Source: Anaerolineales bacterium
GTDB lineage: Bacteria > Chloroflexota > Anaerolineae > Anaerolineales > UBA11579
Length of the DNA stretch: 64,000 nucleotides
Reading direction: 5' to 3'
Assembly (NCBI GenBank): GCA_050115475.1
Contig: JASFQL010000009.1
Coordinates: 20,613 to 84,612 of the forward strand
Positions 30,315 through 40,380 of the stretch are shown here, piece by piece. The stretch's first letter is position 1; every line of letters begins with the position of its first letter. Below the pieces are notes generated by a model. That model saw only the letters and a program-made list of their open reading frames with translations. It was not told where the DNA came from and searched no databases. Both the position numbers and the translations under genes were made by a program.

Positions 30315-31151
30315 ATGCTGATGAGTGAATGGCTGATTGAAACCCAAGACCTGACGAAGATATACGATGAGGGGGCGGTCGTCGCCTTGAAGGATGTGAA
30401 CATCAAGATTGCCTCCGGAGAATTGGTCTCCATCATGGGGCCTTCTGGCAGCGGCAAGAGCACCCTCTTGAACATGATTGGCGCTCTCGACCAACCCACG
30501 GAGGGGAAAGTGATTATCAACGGAGAAGACCTCTCCGAGATCGAAGACGTGGACACCTTCCGGGCAAAGATGGTTGGGTTCGTGTTCCAGATGCACAACC
30601 TGCTGCCCACACTCAACGCCCGTGAGAACGTAGAGATTCCCATGATGGGCCATGCCCACGCCAAAGAGCGTAAAGAACGGGCTGAACATCTCCTCGGACT
30701 GGTCGGGCTTGCTGATCGAGCCGACCACCTCCCCAGCCAGCTTTCCGGCGGGCAGCGCCAACGCGTGGCCGTTGCCAGGGGGTTGGCAAACAATCCACCT
30801 TTGGTTTTGGCGGATGAACCAACCGGCAACCTGGATACTGAAGCCGGCAGGGAGCTTATCCTCCTCCTGCACGAACTCAACGAAACACAGGGGACGACCT
30901 TCATCGTCGTGACCCACGATGCCGCCGTTGCCCGCCAAACCAACCGGGTCATGGCGATGAAAGACGGTGAAATCGTTCGGGAAGACATTATCGGTTCTCC
31001 CATCGAAGAAGACCTGAAGATGTGGCAGCATTCCGGCCTGGGACGAAGGATACTCGCCGGTGAGAAGAAAGAACTCGAGCCTCTCAAAATCAGCACCCAA
31101 CAGATCAAGGCTATCAAGAAGCTGCTGGATAATCACAATCAAAAATCATAA
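30315..31151 (+). CDS. ABC transporter ATP-binding protein (MacB/LolD-type)
   Basis: Walker A GPSGSGKSTLLN, signature LSGGQRQRVAVARGL, Walker B LVLADEPTGNLD, H-loop. Confidence 0.9.
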   Translation: MLMSEWLIETQDLTKIYDEGAVVALKDVNIKIASGELVSIMGPSGSGKSTLLNMIGALDQPTEGKVIINGEDLSEIEDVDTFRAKMVGFVFQMHNLLPTLNARENVEIPMMGHAHAKERKERAEHLLGLVGLADRADHLPSQLSGGQRQRVAVARGLANNPPLVLADEPTGNLDTEAGRELILLLHELNETQGTTFIVVTHDAAVARQTNRVMAMKDGEIVREDIIGSPIEEDLKMWQHSGLGRRILAGEKKELEPLKISTQQIKAIKKLLDNHNQKS

Positions 31152-31196
31152 AAAGAAAAAGCAGGACTGGTCGGTCCTGCTTTTTCTTTTTTCCCT
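31152..31196. terminator. Bidirectional intrinsic terminator AGCAGGAC-TGGTC-GGTCCTGCT flanked by A/T runs
   Basis: Perfect 8-bp stem, A-run upstream and T-run downstream, between convergent genes. Confidence 0.7.
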
Positions 31197-31264
31197 TGTA
31201 AGGGTATAGATTCGTTACATTAGAGTCGAACGATAGGGGTTAATCATGAAATCATGTCAGACAT

Positions 31265-32737
31265 TTACTTTTTCGCCGGTGCACCTTTATCAGATTTTCC
31301 TGTGCCCTTTGCCTTATTATCTGGAACCTGTTTAGGTGCTGGACCATCCGACTGATTATCCTTTACTTTTCCCAGATATTCCGGCAACTCGAATCCCGCC
31401 ATCTCAGAGATTTCTTGTAAGGGTGGAAGACTCTTGAACAGATTGGAGATGAAATTTGATGTAGAGGAGCCGTGGCTATTGTTGCCTGAATCCCACACGG
31501 TGATTTTATCGATCTTCAAGTTGCTGATCGCTTCAACCTGCCGTGATACTAACTCTTCTAACTTCTCAATCATGAGCAGCGTGGCAGCCGCTTGCGGGTC
31601 GCCGTCGACACTTTGAACCAATTTCTTATATCCCTCTGCCTTTGAGCTTAACAGCTTCTGTACACCTTCAGCTTCTGCCTCATATTTTGCCAGGATACCA
31701 TCTGCAATACCTTTGGCTTCCCGCCTGACTCGTTCAGCTTCCGCCTCGGCGGCGATTTCGATCTTATTTTTTTCAATTTCTTGGCGGACGATCTCCTCTG
31801 CCCGTAAACGTTCTTGCTCTGACTGGTAGAATGCTTTCTGGATATCCACCTGGGCTTCGAATCTGGCAACTTCGCCTTTTTTCAATGCATCTGCACGTTT
31901 CACTTCTAACTCAGCATTGTACTTGGCGATGTTGGCATTGGCGACATTCTCACCTTGTACAGCTTCCGCTTCTTGCTCTTGAACCTTCTTGCGCTGGTTC
32001 GCCTGTGCGGTTTTTCGGCCGATCTCTGCTTCGGCCAATGCCTCTGCAACCCTGATCTCTTGTTCCCGCAGGGCTTGTGCTTCACCGATCTCACCGTGTT
32101 TAGTCTGTTCGGCCACGTCGATTTTTGCTTGATTGATGGCTTCAGCTGCAGCTTTCTTCCCGATACTCTCGATATAATCCGATTCATCTGTAATGTCTGT
32201 GATGTTCACATTGATCAAGTGAAGCCCTATCTTATTCAATTCGGGTTCAACGTTGTGCCTGATCGCTTCCAAGAAGCTTTCTCGGTCTTGGTTAATCTGC
32301 TCGATGGTCAGCGATGCTACCGTTAAACGCAGCTGACCAAAGATGATTTCTTTGGCCATTTCCTCTATGGCTGGCTGTTGTAAATGGAGGATACGTTCTG
32401 CTGCATTACTCATAATTTCAGGCGAAGTGCTGACCCCAACAGTAAATGTACTCGGCACGTGGATGCGGATATTTTGTAATGATAATGCATTTTCTAAGGG
32501 AATATTGATTGTGATAGGTGTGAGACTCAGAAAAGAAAAATCTTGTATGAGAGGCCAAATAAAAGCGCCTCCGCCGTGCAAGGTCTTACTCGATCGTCCT
32601 TTCTCCACTCGCCCAAAAACCACAAGAACCTTATCAGATGGGCAGCGCTTATAACGACTCGCCATGAACACAATCGTAAAGAATACAAGTACGACCAAGG
32701 CAACAAGCGCCAGCATGCCGAATTCAAAAGCTTCCAT
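31265..32737 (-). CDS. Flotillin-like SPFH/band-7 protein
   Basis: N-terminal TM, SPFH domain, then a long Ala/Glu-rich coiled coil (EAEAE repeats) typical of FloT/YqiK. Confidence 0.8.
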   Translation of the reverse strand: MEAFEFGMLALVALVVLVFFTIVFMASRYKRCPSDKVLVVFGRVEKGRSSKTLHGGGAFIWPLIQDFSFLSLTPITINIPLENALSLQNIRIHVPSTFTVGVSTSPEIMSNAAERILHLQQPAIEEMAKEIIFGQLRLTVASLTIEQINQDRESFLEAIRHNVEPELNKIGLHLINVNITDITDESDYIESIGKKAAAEAINQAKIDVAEQTKHGEIGEAQALREQEIRVAEALAEAEIGRKTAQANQRKKVQEQEAEAVQGENVANANIAKYNAELEVKRADALKKGEVARFEAQVDIQKAFYQSEQERLRAEEIVRQEIEKNKIEIAAEAEAERVRREAKGIADGILAKYEAEAEGVQKLLSSKAEGYKKLVQSVDGDPQAAATLLMIEKLEELVSRQVEAISNLKIDKITVWDSGNNSHGSSTSNFISNLFKSLPPLQEISEMAGFELPEYLGKVKDNQSDGPAPKQVPDNKAKGTGKSDKGAPAKK

Positions 32738-32762
32738 TTCATTCCTCCATTGAGCAGTGCGT

Positions 32763-33368
32763 TTATATTTCTTCTACGACCAAGGTTTTATTGTCAACGA
32801 TTCCTGTGACTCGAACCTTCTTTCCGGTTTTTATATTTTTCCCGTCTTTCGAGACCGCGTCGAATATTCTTAACGCGCCTTGAACCGGGACTTGAACCTG
32901 ACCACTTCCTTTCGGGGGAATAACCAAATACACTGAACCGTTTTGACCAATTGCATTCTTAATATTTACAGTGCCATCAGATTGAAGGCGTTTTAATTGA
33001 GAAAACACCACACTGATGACCCATACTGCAAACAGTCCAGCCAAGCCTCCCCCCATAATTGTTATCAGGATTGCAAAATTCGCCTTTAACAATGCCAAAC
33101 CCACCAAACCAAACAACATGAAGAAACCTGTCAATCCCTGCATCGATAGGAGCTTGAAATCGAAATCGGAATCCGAATACGTATCTGTATAGTCTGCGTC
33201 GAACTGAAGATCATGTTCGACATGTAAATCGCCTTCGACATGGAGATCAAAATCATCGTGATCAACGCCTCCCCCCACAAGAAGCAGTATAGTTCGCAGG
33301 ATAAAGAGTGTGCCACCAATAATCGTCGCCCCCCAATAGATTGTCTCGATCCACGTAGTATCGCCCAT
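32763..33368 (-). CDS. NfeD-like membrane protein (flotillin partner, YuaF-like)
   Basis: N-terminal TM helices plus a C-terminal OB-fold beta region (VRVTGIVDNKTLVVEEI). 25 nt upstream of the flotillin gene on the same strand. Confidence 0.7.
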   Translation of the reverse strand: MGDTTWIETIYWGATIIGGTLFILRTILLLVGGGVDHDDFDLHVEGDLHVEHDLQFDADYTDTYSDSDFDFKLLSMQGLTGFFMLFGLVGLALLKANFAILITIMGGGLAGLFAVWVISVVFSQLKRLQSDGTVNIKNAIGQNGSVYLVIPPKGSGQVQVPVQGALRIFDAVSKDGKNIKTGKKVRVTGIVDNKTLVVEEI

Positions 33369-33567
33369 GGTTTCCCTTACCTATTTCGATGATCGTCAAA
33401 TTCTACCCTAGTTTTCGTGAAAAATGACATATTACTAAGTACTATGATAGTTTTTCGTACTCATATCCTAAAGTATAATAATGCCGCCCGAATTTCCGAC
33501 CAGCATACCCATTCCAAGGGCGAAGTAATTTTTTAATGAAATATATCCTATCCGGAAAAATCTAGAT

Positions 33568-34344
33568 ATGAAAACCATTTATCTCGCAGTCGAGTCTATA
33601 ATCGATTTCCTCCGGCAAACAATCAAGAGAGATTCGTGGTTGTGGAAAATGCTGAGATCTATCCATGAAGCCTTCGAAATACTCCAGAACAATCCCGTCA
33701 ATAAACTCATCTGGAAGATCAATCACAAAAGATTTGAAAACCTCATCGAGAAGTATTCACGAGAAAGAGAGGATTTTTTCGTTCTCCAAATCGGCGCTTG
33801 TGATGGCGTTACTTACGATCCAATCCATAATTGGATCAAGAAATGCGGATGGCACGGCATCCTCGTTGAGCCGCAGAAGGAAATGTTTGAAAAACTGAAA
33901 GAGAATTACGCCAATAACCATAATCTTGTATTCGAAAACCTGGCAATCGCAGAAGACGACCAGGACCGAATTTTATACACGATCAGAGGAGAGAACATAA
34001 ATGAGGAATGGCAATACGCCGTTGGGTCTCTCGTCCCTGACTTTTACGGCAACAACGGCCAGAAAAAATTGAAAACCGAGATGGTGCACTGCACCACCTT
34101 CGATGCCCTCCTGGATCGCCACCAAGTCTCTCGCATCGACTTGCTGCAGATGGACGTTGATGGTTATGACCTTGAACTTATCAGATTATTCGACTTTGAG
34201 CGGATAAAACCACAGTTACTTCGCTACGAACACCTCCACTTAAAACCATCTGAGAAACTGGTATGTAAAAAGCAATTAGCGCAATTAGGCTATAAAACCA
34301 TGGAAATGGAATGGGATACCGGGGCTGTCCTTCAGCAAAACTAG
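33568..34344 (+). CDS. FkbM-family SAM-dependent methyltransferase
   Basis: VLQIGACDGVTYDPI...GWHGILVEPQKEMFEKL is the characteristic FkbM (Methyltransf_21) motif. Low GC. Confidence 0.65.
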   Translation: MKTIYLAVESIIDFLRQTIKRDSWLWKMLRSIHEAFEILQNNPVNKLIWKINHKRFENLIEKYSREREDFFVLQIGACDGVTYDPIHNWIKKCGWHGILVEPQKEMFEKLKENYANNHNLVFENLAIAEDDQDRILYTIRGENINEEWQYAVGSLVPDFYGNNGQKKLKTEMVHCTTFDALLDRHQVSRIDLLQMDVDGYDLELIRLFDFERIKPQLLRYEHLHLKPSEKLVCKKQLAQLGYKTMEMEWDTGAVLQQN

Positions 34345-34517
34345 TCATTGGAGGGCAGTTCGGAGTCTGATTTTTAGTGATTATCCAGCAGAAAATTCCT
34401 GCATTCGGATTGAACGAATAGGATTGATTTCCTATTAATATTGTTATACTATTCTAAAAATATAATGCTAAAATGTGGTTAGGTATTTTAAGTCAATCTT
34501 TTCGAGGAGATAAGGTA

Positions 34518-34748
34518 ATGGATGAAAAACAAAAGAAACTTAATCTAATGAAGTATTGGCTGTTTGGCTCGTATGCGATTATAGCCGCAGCAATTTCAAC
34601 TTTTCTTTTCATTCTCTTTGTGGGGCTGGGGGGATCCGCTGCTGACATCTTAAAACTGCCGGTATTCTGGATATTCCTGGTTGGATTAGCCCTTCTGTTC
34701 GTCATCGTCTATCTTATCTATAAAGCAATTGTCGACAAAAAAGAATAA
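34518..34748 (+). CDS. Small membrane protein, hypothetical
   Basis: Two hydrophobic helices. SD GGAGA before the ATG at 34518 (ORF track starts earlier at 34473). Confidence 0.3.
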   Translation: MDEKQKKLNLMKYWLFGSYAIIAAAISTFLFILFVGLGGSAADILKLPVFWIFLVGLALLFVIVYLIYKAIVDKKE

Positions 34749-35053
34749 AGCCAATACAGAACAAGCGCAGCGGATAGGAAAAATTTCATCGCTCCGGGAA
34801 AATATAACTAAGCCATCAGCACCCACAATCGCTGATATAAAACCAGGGTGGAGTTAATTTCAATCACCCTGATAATAAATTGATTCTATATAGATGATGA
34901 CTTTCCCTCCAGGTTCAAGTCATCATCTAGTTTTGAATCCACTTGTCAGTATGACTCACATTTCTGGAAAGTCTGAAATAAACCAAAAAATGGGGAATAT
35001 GGAACTGATTAGGATAAAGTAAACCAAATTTCATCACAATTCAGATCGCCATA

Positions 35054-35096
35054 TTTACAACATGTAATATGATATAATCCTCTAGAACAATTGTGC
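35054..35096 (+). promoter_or_regulatory. uvrA promoter (TTTACA ... extended -10 TGATATAAT at 35070-35078) with a candidate Gram-positive-type LexA (Cheo-like) box GAACAATTGTGC at 35085-35096
   Basis: Read from the sequence. GAAC-N4-GTTC-type box with one mismatch immediately downstream of the -10. SOS control of uvrA is established biology; the box assignment is an inference. Confidence 0.35.
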
Positions 35097-35136
35097 TGAA
35101 AATTAAGTATCAATTTGTCGAGGAGGAAGCGATAAC

Positions 35137-38034
35137 TTGACTGGTGAACACAGAAATCACAGCGATGGTATTGGCGACATTATCATACGCGGTGCGCGGC
35201 AGCATAATTTAAAGAATGTTGATCTGGTCATCCCAAGGCAGAAATTTGTCGTTATCACAGGCGTCAGTGGAAGCGGGAAGTCTTCCCTGGCCTTCGATAC
35301 TATCTATGCAGAGGGCCAGCGTCGCTACGTCGAGAGCCTTTCTTCCTTCGCCAAGCAGTTCATGGAGATGATGGAAAAACCCCAGGTCGACCAGATATCT
35401 GGCCTCAGCCCTGCGATCGCCATCGAACAGAAGACGATCAGCCGAAATCCCCGCTCTACAGTCGGGACTGTCACAGAAATATTGGATTACTTGCGAGTCC
35501 TGTACGCCCGCGTTGGTACAGCACACTGCCCAAATTGCGGTCGTGAAGTGATTCCCCAATCTGCCCATCAAATCACCAGGCAGCTCATGGAACTAAGTCC
35601 AGGAAAACGCTTCCAACTACTCGCCCCCATTGCCCGGAATCGGAAAGGGACTCACCTCAAGACTATGCAGAAAGCATCCAGGGATGGTTTCACCCGTGCT
35701 CGCGTGGATGGGGAAATCGCAGACCTGAGCGACGTCAATTCAATTCCAGAATTGGACAAAAAGAAAAAACACAATATCGAGCTTGTCGTCGACCGCATGG
35801 TCGTCCCACAAGAAGATGATGCCGGTGAGTTCCAAACCCGTCTATTTGATTCCGTTGAGACCGCACTGCGTTCAGGAGAGGGAACGCTTATCGTGAAACT
35901 CGATGATGAAGAGATTATCTTGAGCGAACACAACGCCTGCCCAGATTGTGAGGTCAGCTTTCACGAACTCCAGCCCCCATTATTTAGCTTCAACTCTCCA
36001 CTGGGGATGTGCCCGGAGTGCAACGGATTGGGTATCAAACTCCAGGTCGATCCAGACTTGATCATAAGCAAACCAAACCTGTCCCTGATGGATGGCGCTT
36101 CTGCATACTATGGAAACCTGAGGAAGAAAAGCAAGGGCTGGTCTATCCAACAGCTTCAAGTTATTGCGGACCACTATCACGCCGACCTGGAACAACCCTG
36201 GAGCGTACTACCAAAAGACTTCCGCCATGCACTCCTTCATGGGTCCGGGGAAGAGAAATTACATTTTTCCTATAAATCCGAAGATGGTTCCTGGGCGGGA
36301 CAAAGCCACCGGCCTGTGCGGGGGATGATTTATCACATCAACCGCCTCTTCAGACAAACAAAATCTGAAAGCGCCAAACGCTACTACATGCAGTTTATGA
36401 GTAGGCTCCCCTGCCCCGCTTGCGAGGGAGAACGATTGAATCCTGAAGCGCGTTTCGTAACCCTTGATGGGAAACGCCTCCCTGAACTCACCTCCTGGAA
36501 CATCGAAGCCATTCACGATTGGGTCGGGCAGTTATCCGACAAGCTGAACGAAGAACAACGACAGATCGCAGATGAACTCATTGATGAAATCTACCAACGG
36601 TTGAACTTCATCCGCAATGTGGGTCTGCATTACCTCAACCTGGACCGGTCTGCACCAACCCTATCAGGCGGCGAAGGACAGCGAATCCGACTGGCCAGCC
36701 AGATCGGCAGTGGGCTGGTAGGCGTCATTTATATCCTGGATGAACCATCCATCGGTCTGCATACCCGCGACCATCGAGCCTTGCTGGAAACCCTCATGCA
36801 CCTCAGGGATATCGGGAACACTGTATTGGTCGTCGAACACGACGAAGCCACCATGCGCGCTGCAGATTGGATCATCGACCTGGGTCCGGGGGCAGGCGTG
36901 TTAGGCGGGGATATCGTGGCAGCAGGTTCCCCCGCTGAAGTCATGGCCCACGCCGATTCCCTCACCGGGCAATATCTCTCCGGTAAATTGGAAGTTACAG
37001 CCCCTAATGGACGGGAACGGCGAAAATCCCAAGGGGAATTGATCATCCATAGCGCTTCTTTGCACAACCTGAAAAATATCGACGTACATTTCCCCCTCGG
37101 CACGCTGACCTGTGTCACCGGCGTAAGCGGATCAGGCAAGAGCAGCCTGATCGCCCAGACACTCCACCCGGCTTTAGCTCGCGCCCTGCATAATGCCCAG
37201 TCGATCCCCGGAAAACACGAATCGATTGAGGGGATCGAACAAATCAACAAAGTGATCAATATCACACAGTCACCCATCGGGCGCAACCCGCGTTCCAATC
37301 CGGGCACCTACGTAGGTGTGCTCGGCGAGATCCGCAAAGTCTTCGCCATGACAAAAGAAGCCAAAGCGTTGGGATACAAAGCAGGGCGTTTTAGTTTCAA
37401 CGTTAAAGGCGGGCGATGTGAAGCATGCAAAGGCTACGGATATAAAAAAGTAGAACTGCACTTCCTGGCGGATGTGTGGGTGAAATGTAAAGAATGTGAT
37501 GGACAACGGTTCAACCACCAAACCCTCGAAATCAAATACAAAGAAAAGAACATCGCCGATGTCCTCGACATGGACATTCAAGAAGCGATGATCTTCTTCG
37601 AGAACCATCCCAAGATCCACCGCATCTTGAAGACCCTCCACGATGTCGGGCTGGATTACATCAAATTAGGGCAAAGCGCACTCACACTCAGCGGGGGGGA
37701 GGCGCAGCGAGTCAAACTGGCTAAGGAACTCAGCCGGGTTGCCACCGGAAAGACCATCTACTTCCTGGACGAGCCCACTACCGGCTTACACTTCGCAGAT
37801 ATCCAGCGATTACTCGACGTCCTCCATCGATTGGTGGACGCGGGGAATACTGTCATCATCATCGAGCACAACCTGGATGTGATTAAGACAGCCGACTGGA
37901 TCATCGATTTGGGGCCTGAAGGCGGAGAAAAGGGCGGATATGTGGTGGCGGCAGGCACACCCGAAGAGGTTGCCCTCGTCGAGGAAAGCCATACGGGTAA
38001 ATACCTAAAAAACATGGTTCAAGCCAAAGCATAA
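35137..38034 (+). CDS. uvrA: Excinuclease ABC subunit A
   Basis: Two ABC modules (GVSGSGKSSLAFDTIYAEGQRRYVESLS; LSGGEGQRIRLA; second GVSGSGKSSL...LSGGEAQRVKLA), zinc-finger Cys clusters. 965 aa. SD GAGGAGG 9 nt before the TTG start. Confidence 0.95.
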   Translation: MTGEHRNHSDGIGDIIIRGARQHNLKNVDLVIPRQKFVVITGVSGSGKSSLAFDTIYAEGQRRYVESLSSFAKQFMEMMEKPQVDQISGLSPAIAIEQKTISRNPRSTVGTVTEILDYLRVLYARVGTAHCPNCGREVIPQSAHQITRQLMELSPGKRFQLLAPIARNRKGTHLKTMQKASRDGFTRARVDGEIADLSDVNSIPELDKKKKHNIELVVDRMVVPQEDDAGEFQTRLFDSVETALRSGEGTLIVKLDDEEIILSEHNACPDCEVSFHELQPPLFSFNSPLGMCPECNGLGIKLQVDPDLIISKPNLSLMDGASAYYGNLRKKSKGWSIQQLQVIADHYHADLEQPWSVLPKDFRHALLHGSGEEKLHFSYKSEDGSWAGQSHRPVRGMIYHINRLFRQTKSESAKRYYMQFMSRLPCPACEGERLNPEARFVTLDGKRLPELTSWNIEAIHDWVGQLSDKLNEEQRQIADELIDEIYQRLNFIRNVGLHYLNLDRSAPTLSGGEGQRIRLASQIGSGLVGVIYILDEPSIGLHTRDHRALLETLMHLRDIGNTVLVVEHDEATMRAADWIIDLGPGAGVLGGDIVAAGSPAEVMAHADSLTGQYLSGKLEVTAPNGRERRKSQGELIIHSASLHNLKNIDVHFPLGTLTCVTGVSGSGKSSLIAQTLHPALARALHNAQSIPGKHESIEGIEQINKVINITQSPIGRNPRSNPGTYVGVLGEIRKVFAMTKEAKALGYKAGRFSFNVKGGRCEACKGYGYKKVELHFLADVWVKCKECDGQRFNHQTLEIKYKEKNIADVLDMDIQEAMIFFENHPKIHRILKTLHDVGLDYIKLGQSALTLSGGEAQRVKLAKELSRVATGKTIYFLDEPTTGLHFADIQRLLDVLHRLVDAGNTVIIIEHNLDVIKTADWIIDLGPEGGEKGGYVVAAGTPEEVALVEESHTGKYLKNMVQAKA

Positions 38035-38078
38035 ATATGATATCGAAGTCCCTTCTATCTTCTTGAGAGGAAGCACTT

Positions 38079-38684
38079 ATGGGCAAGTTGATTACGGTCG
38101 TTGGGAATAGCGGGATAGGGAAAACAACGCTGGCAACAAAGCTGTGTGAAGCTGCTCCTTTCATCGCATTTCTTGAGAAAACGGACGAGAGACCGTTTCA
38201 AAGGAAATTTCAAGATGACTTAAAAAGTTACTCCCTCCCGAATCAGGTGGACTTTCTCTTATTTCGAGCCGAACAGGAAATATATATAAGGGAGCACGAT
38301 ATCGTTGGTGTTCAGGATGGCGGGTTAGACCAGGATTTTCACGTTTTCACCAAACACTTTCATCGCAAAACTTTTCTGGATGCCGAAGAGTATCGCTTAT
38401 GTGGTCGTTTGTATTCAACCTTACGCCGGTCTCTGCCCCCGCCTGATCTCATCATTCATCTCACTGCGCCAGTTCCTATTCTCACTGCAAGAATGGCAAA
38501 AAGGGAACGCAATATAGAAATCGCAAAATCAAAAGACCTGGCTGCACTTCAAAACCTGATCGAAGAGTGGCTGTCGAAAAACTCGTCAATCCCCGCCATC
38601 CACGTCGATGCGACTGGGGATGATCCCTCTTATTCAAGTATCATAGAAGACCTGATTGTTGAAATTAATTCCCATCTCAAATAA
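38079..38684 (+). CDS. Deoxynucleoside kinase-family P-loop kinase
   Basis: P-loop VVGNSGIGKTTLATKL, downstream E-R-x motif region (FLEKTDERPFQRKF) and LID-like basic stretch (RMAKRERNIE). 201 aa. Confidence 0.55.
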   Translation: MGKLITVVGNSGIGKTTLATKLCEAAPFIAFLEKTDERPFQRKFQDDLKSYSLPNQVDFLLFRAEQEIYIREHDIVGVQDGGLDQDFHVFTKHFHRKTFLDAEEYRLCGRLYSTLRRSLPPPDLIIHLTAPVPILTARMAKRERNIEIAKSKDLAALQNLIEEWLSKNSSIPAIHVDATGDDPSYSSIIEDLIVEINSHLK

Positions 38685-38889
38685 ACAACTCCGTGAATTA
38701 TGAGGAAACAATAATTGCGTAATTTCCCTCCAAGCTGACAATGCAATCGAGAGGAGATTTTTATTAACGCAGAAATTATCTATACAGGTTTGTCTTTATT
38801 CAAATTTGATTAATCAGACGCGGTTATTGACTTATCTGATACCTGATTGCTACTTTCGCCTCTACCATAAAAGAGAGGGAAGAGAGTCT

Positions 38890-39870
38890 CTAGAGAACAT
38901 ACGTTGTCCCGACGATGCCCTCAATGAATTCATCAGGCATTTCCTGCGCAAATCTACTAATCGCTTGAAAACCCGTGCAGTGGCTGGGCACGACATACAT
39001 TGGTTTCTCTTTTTTGATGAAATCGATGGTTTTCTTAATTTCATCTGCACTAGCCCGCGCCAGATGGAAGCCGCCGACAATGGCATAGATTGTGTCGATT
39101 CCCGTAAACTCTTTTGCGTGATTAATAGTGTTCACGATACCTGAATGGGCACAGCCAGACAGCACAACCAACCCCTTGTCTTTTACATTGATGACAATGG
39201 CTTGGTCTTCATCCAAATCATCGGGCAGGAAATCAGATCCATTCCGGTAAAATAACCGGGTCGGCCTGCCGATTTTCTCAAAACTTTTCCTGGGAACATA
39301 TCCGGTTGTCCAACAACCATGACCCAGTCGATACGGTTCGGGTGATAAGATAATTTTCGCGCCCACTGCCTCCCACTCTTGTGTCGGGGGGGATGGAAAA
39401 GGTCCCTCAAGTACACCATCGTCTTTTTTACTCCAGCGTTCCCGAAATGCAGCAGGATGAGCCACGATGGGGATTTTACTATCCTCAATATAGTCCTCGA
39501 TCTCTTTTTGGGAGGCTTTTTTCCCCCACTCTTTTGCCTCGGGGGTCAGGTCCATTTCCTTCAACAAGGTAGTCATACCGGCGAAATGGTCAAAGTGACC
39601 ATGACTGAGCGCAATGATCGAAATATCCCGAGGGTCCAACCGCATACGGTGCATATTCTCTATGAGCGCTTTTTCAGACACGCCCGCATCCCAGAGTATT
39701 TTCTCGTTTGCCCTATCAAGCTGTATCAAAGCAGAAAAGCCATGTTCGGCCAACAATGGCTTTTCTGTAAAGTACACGACGGTATCATTTGATTTCACGA
39801 TAATATCAGCCTTGTTATCTATCAGGATAGTTATCGATACATTCTCAACATAATCCTTGTCTTTCGTCAT
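38890..39870 (-). CDS. MBL-fold metallo-hydrolase
   Basis: HxHxDH motif (LSHGHFDHFAGM). Confidence 0.75.
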   Translation of the reverse strand: MTKDKDYVENVSITILIDNKADIIVKSNDTVVYFTEKPLLAEHGFSALIQLDRANEKILWDAGVSEKALIENMHRMRLDPRDISIIALSHGHFDHFAGMTTLLKEMDLTPEAKEWGKKASQKEIEDYIEDSKIPIVAHPAAFRERWSKKDDGVLEGPFPSPPTQEWEAVGAKIILSPEPYRLGHGCWTTGYVPRKSFEKIGRPTRLFYRNGSDFLPDDLDEDQAIVINVKDKGLVVLSGCAHSGIVNTINHAKEFTGIDTIYAIVGGFHLARASADEIKKTIDFIKKEKPMYVVPSHCTGFQAISRFAQEMPDEFIEGIVGTTYVL

Positions 39871-40380
39871 GATTTTCCTGCCTTTCTATATTAAATTATC
39901 AGCATAATAAATGTTCGAACAATATTTTACCTGAAGACGATTTGTTCAGTAGATTTGTTTGTTGATATGCTTGCCCGAGTGGATAATGGCTCCATGGAGT
40001 ATGAGACCAGAAAAGGATGGGAAATCATAGGAATATCTACTGATGAAGGATTTACTTGAAATCACTCTATCCTTTTTCAGGTAATAATTATTCTTTGGAT
40101 TTCCTTTTTTATAAATTTCCCAAAAATTGTTGAAATTCTCAATTTATTCTATATACATCCATGAAATTGTATCTCAATGGTAAATTAGGAGATCATTAGA
40201 ACCCACTTATCGCACGATTATGGTCTGTATTCTAAAAAACAACATTAGAATTGTTGAATTGAAATGATGTAGAAGCGCTAATATCATATATAATAGAAAA
40301 AACAAATATCGACAATCGAACAGGTTTAGCAGAACAGAATTCACAGTGCCTGTGGGGGGTGGTTTCGCCATGTAGGAAGT

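Noticed and set aside
29215-31142. Long antisense ORFs (29215..29751, 29752..30192, 30225..31142, 30230..31117) opposite the HlyD and ABC ATPase genes
   Set aside because: The sense-strand products have textbook Walker/signature and MFP motifs. The antisense translations are low-complexity, Ala/Arg/Ser-rich.
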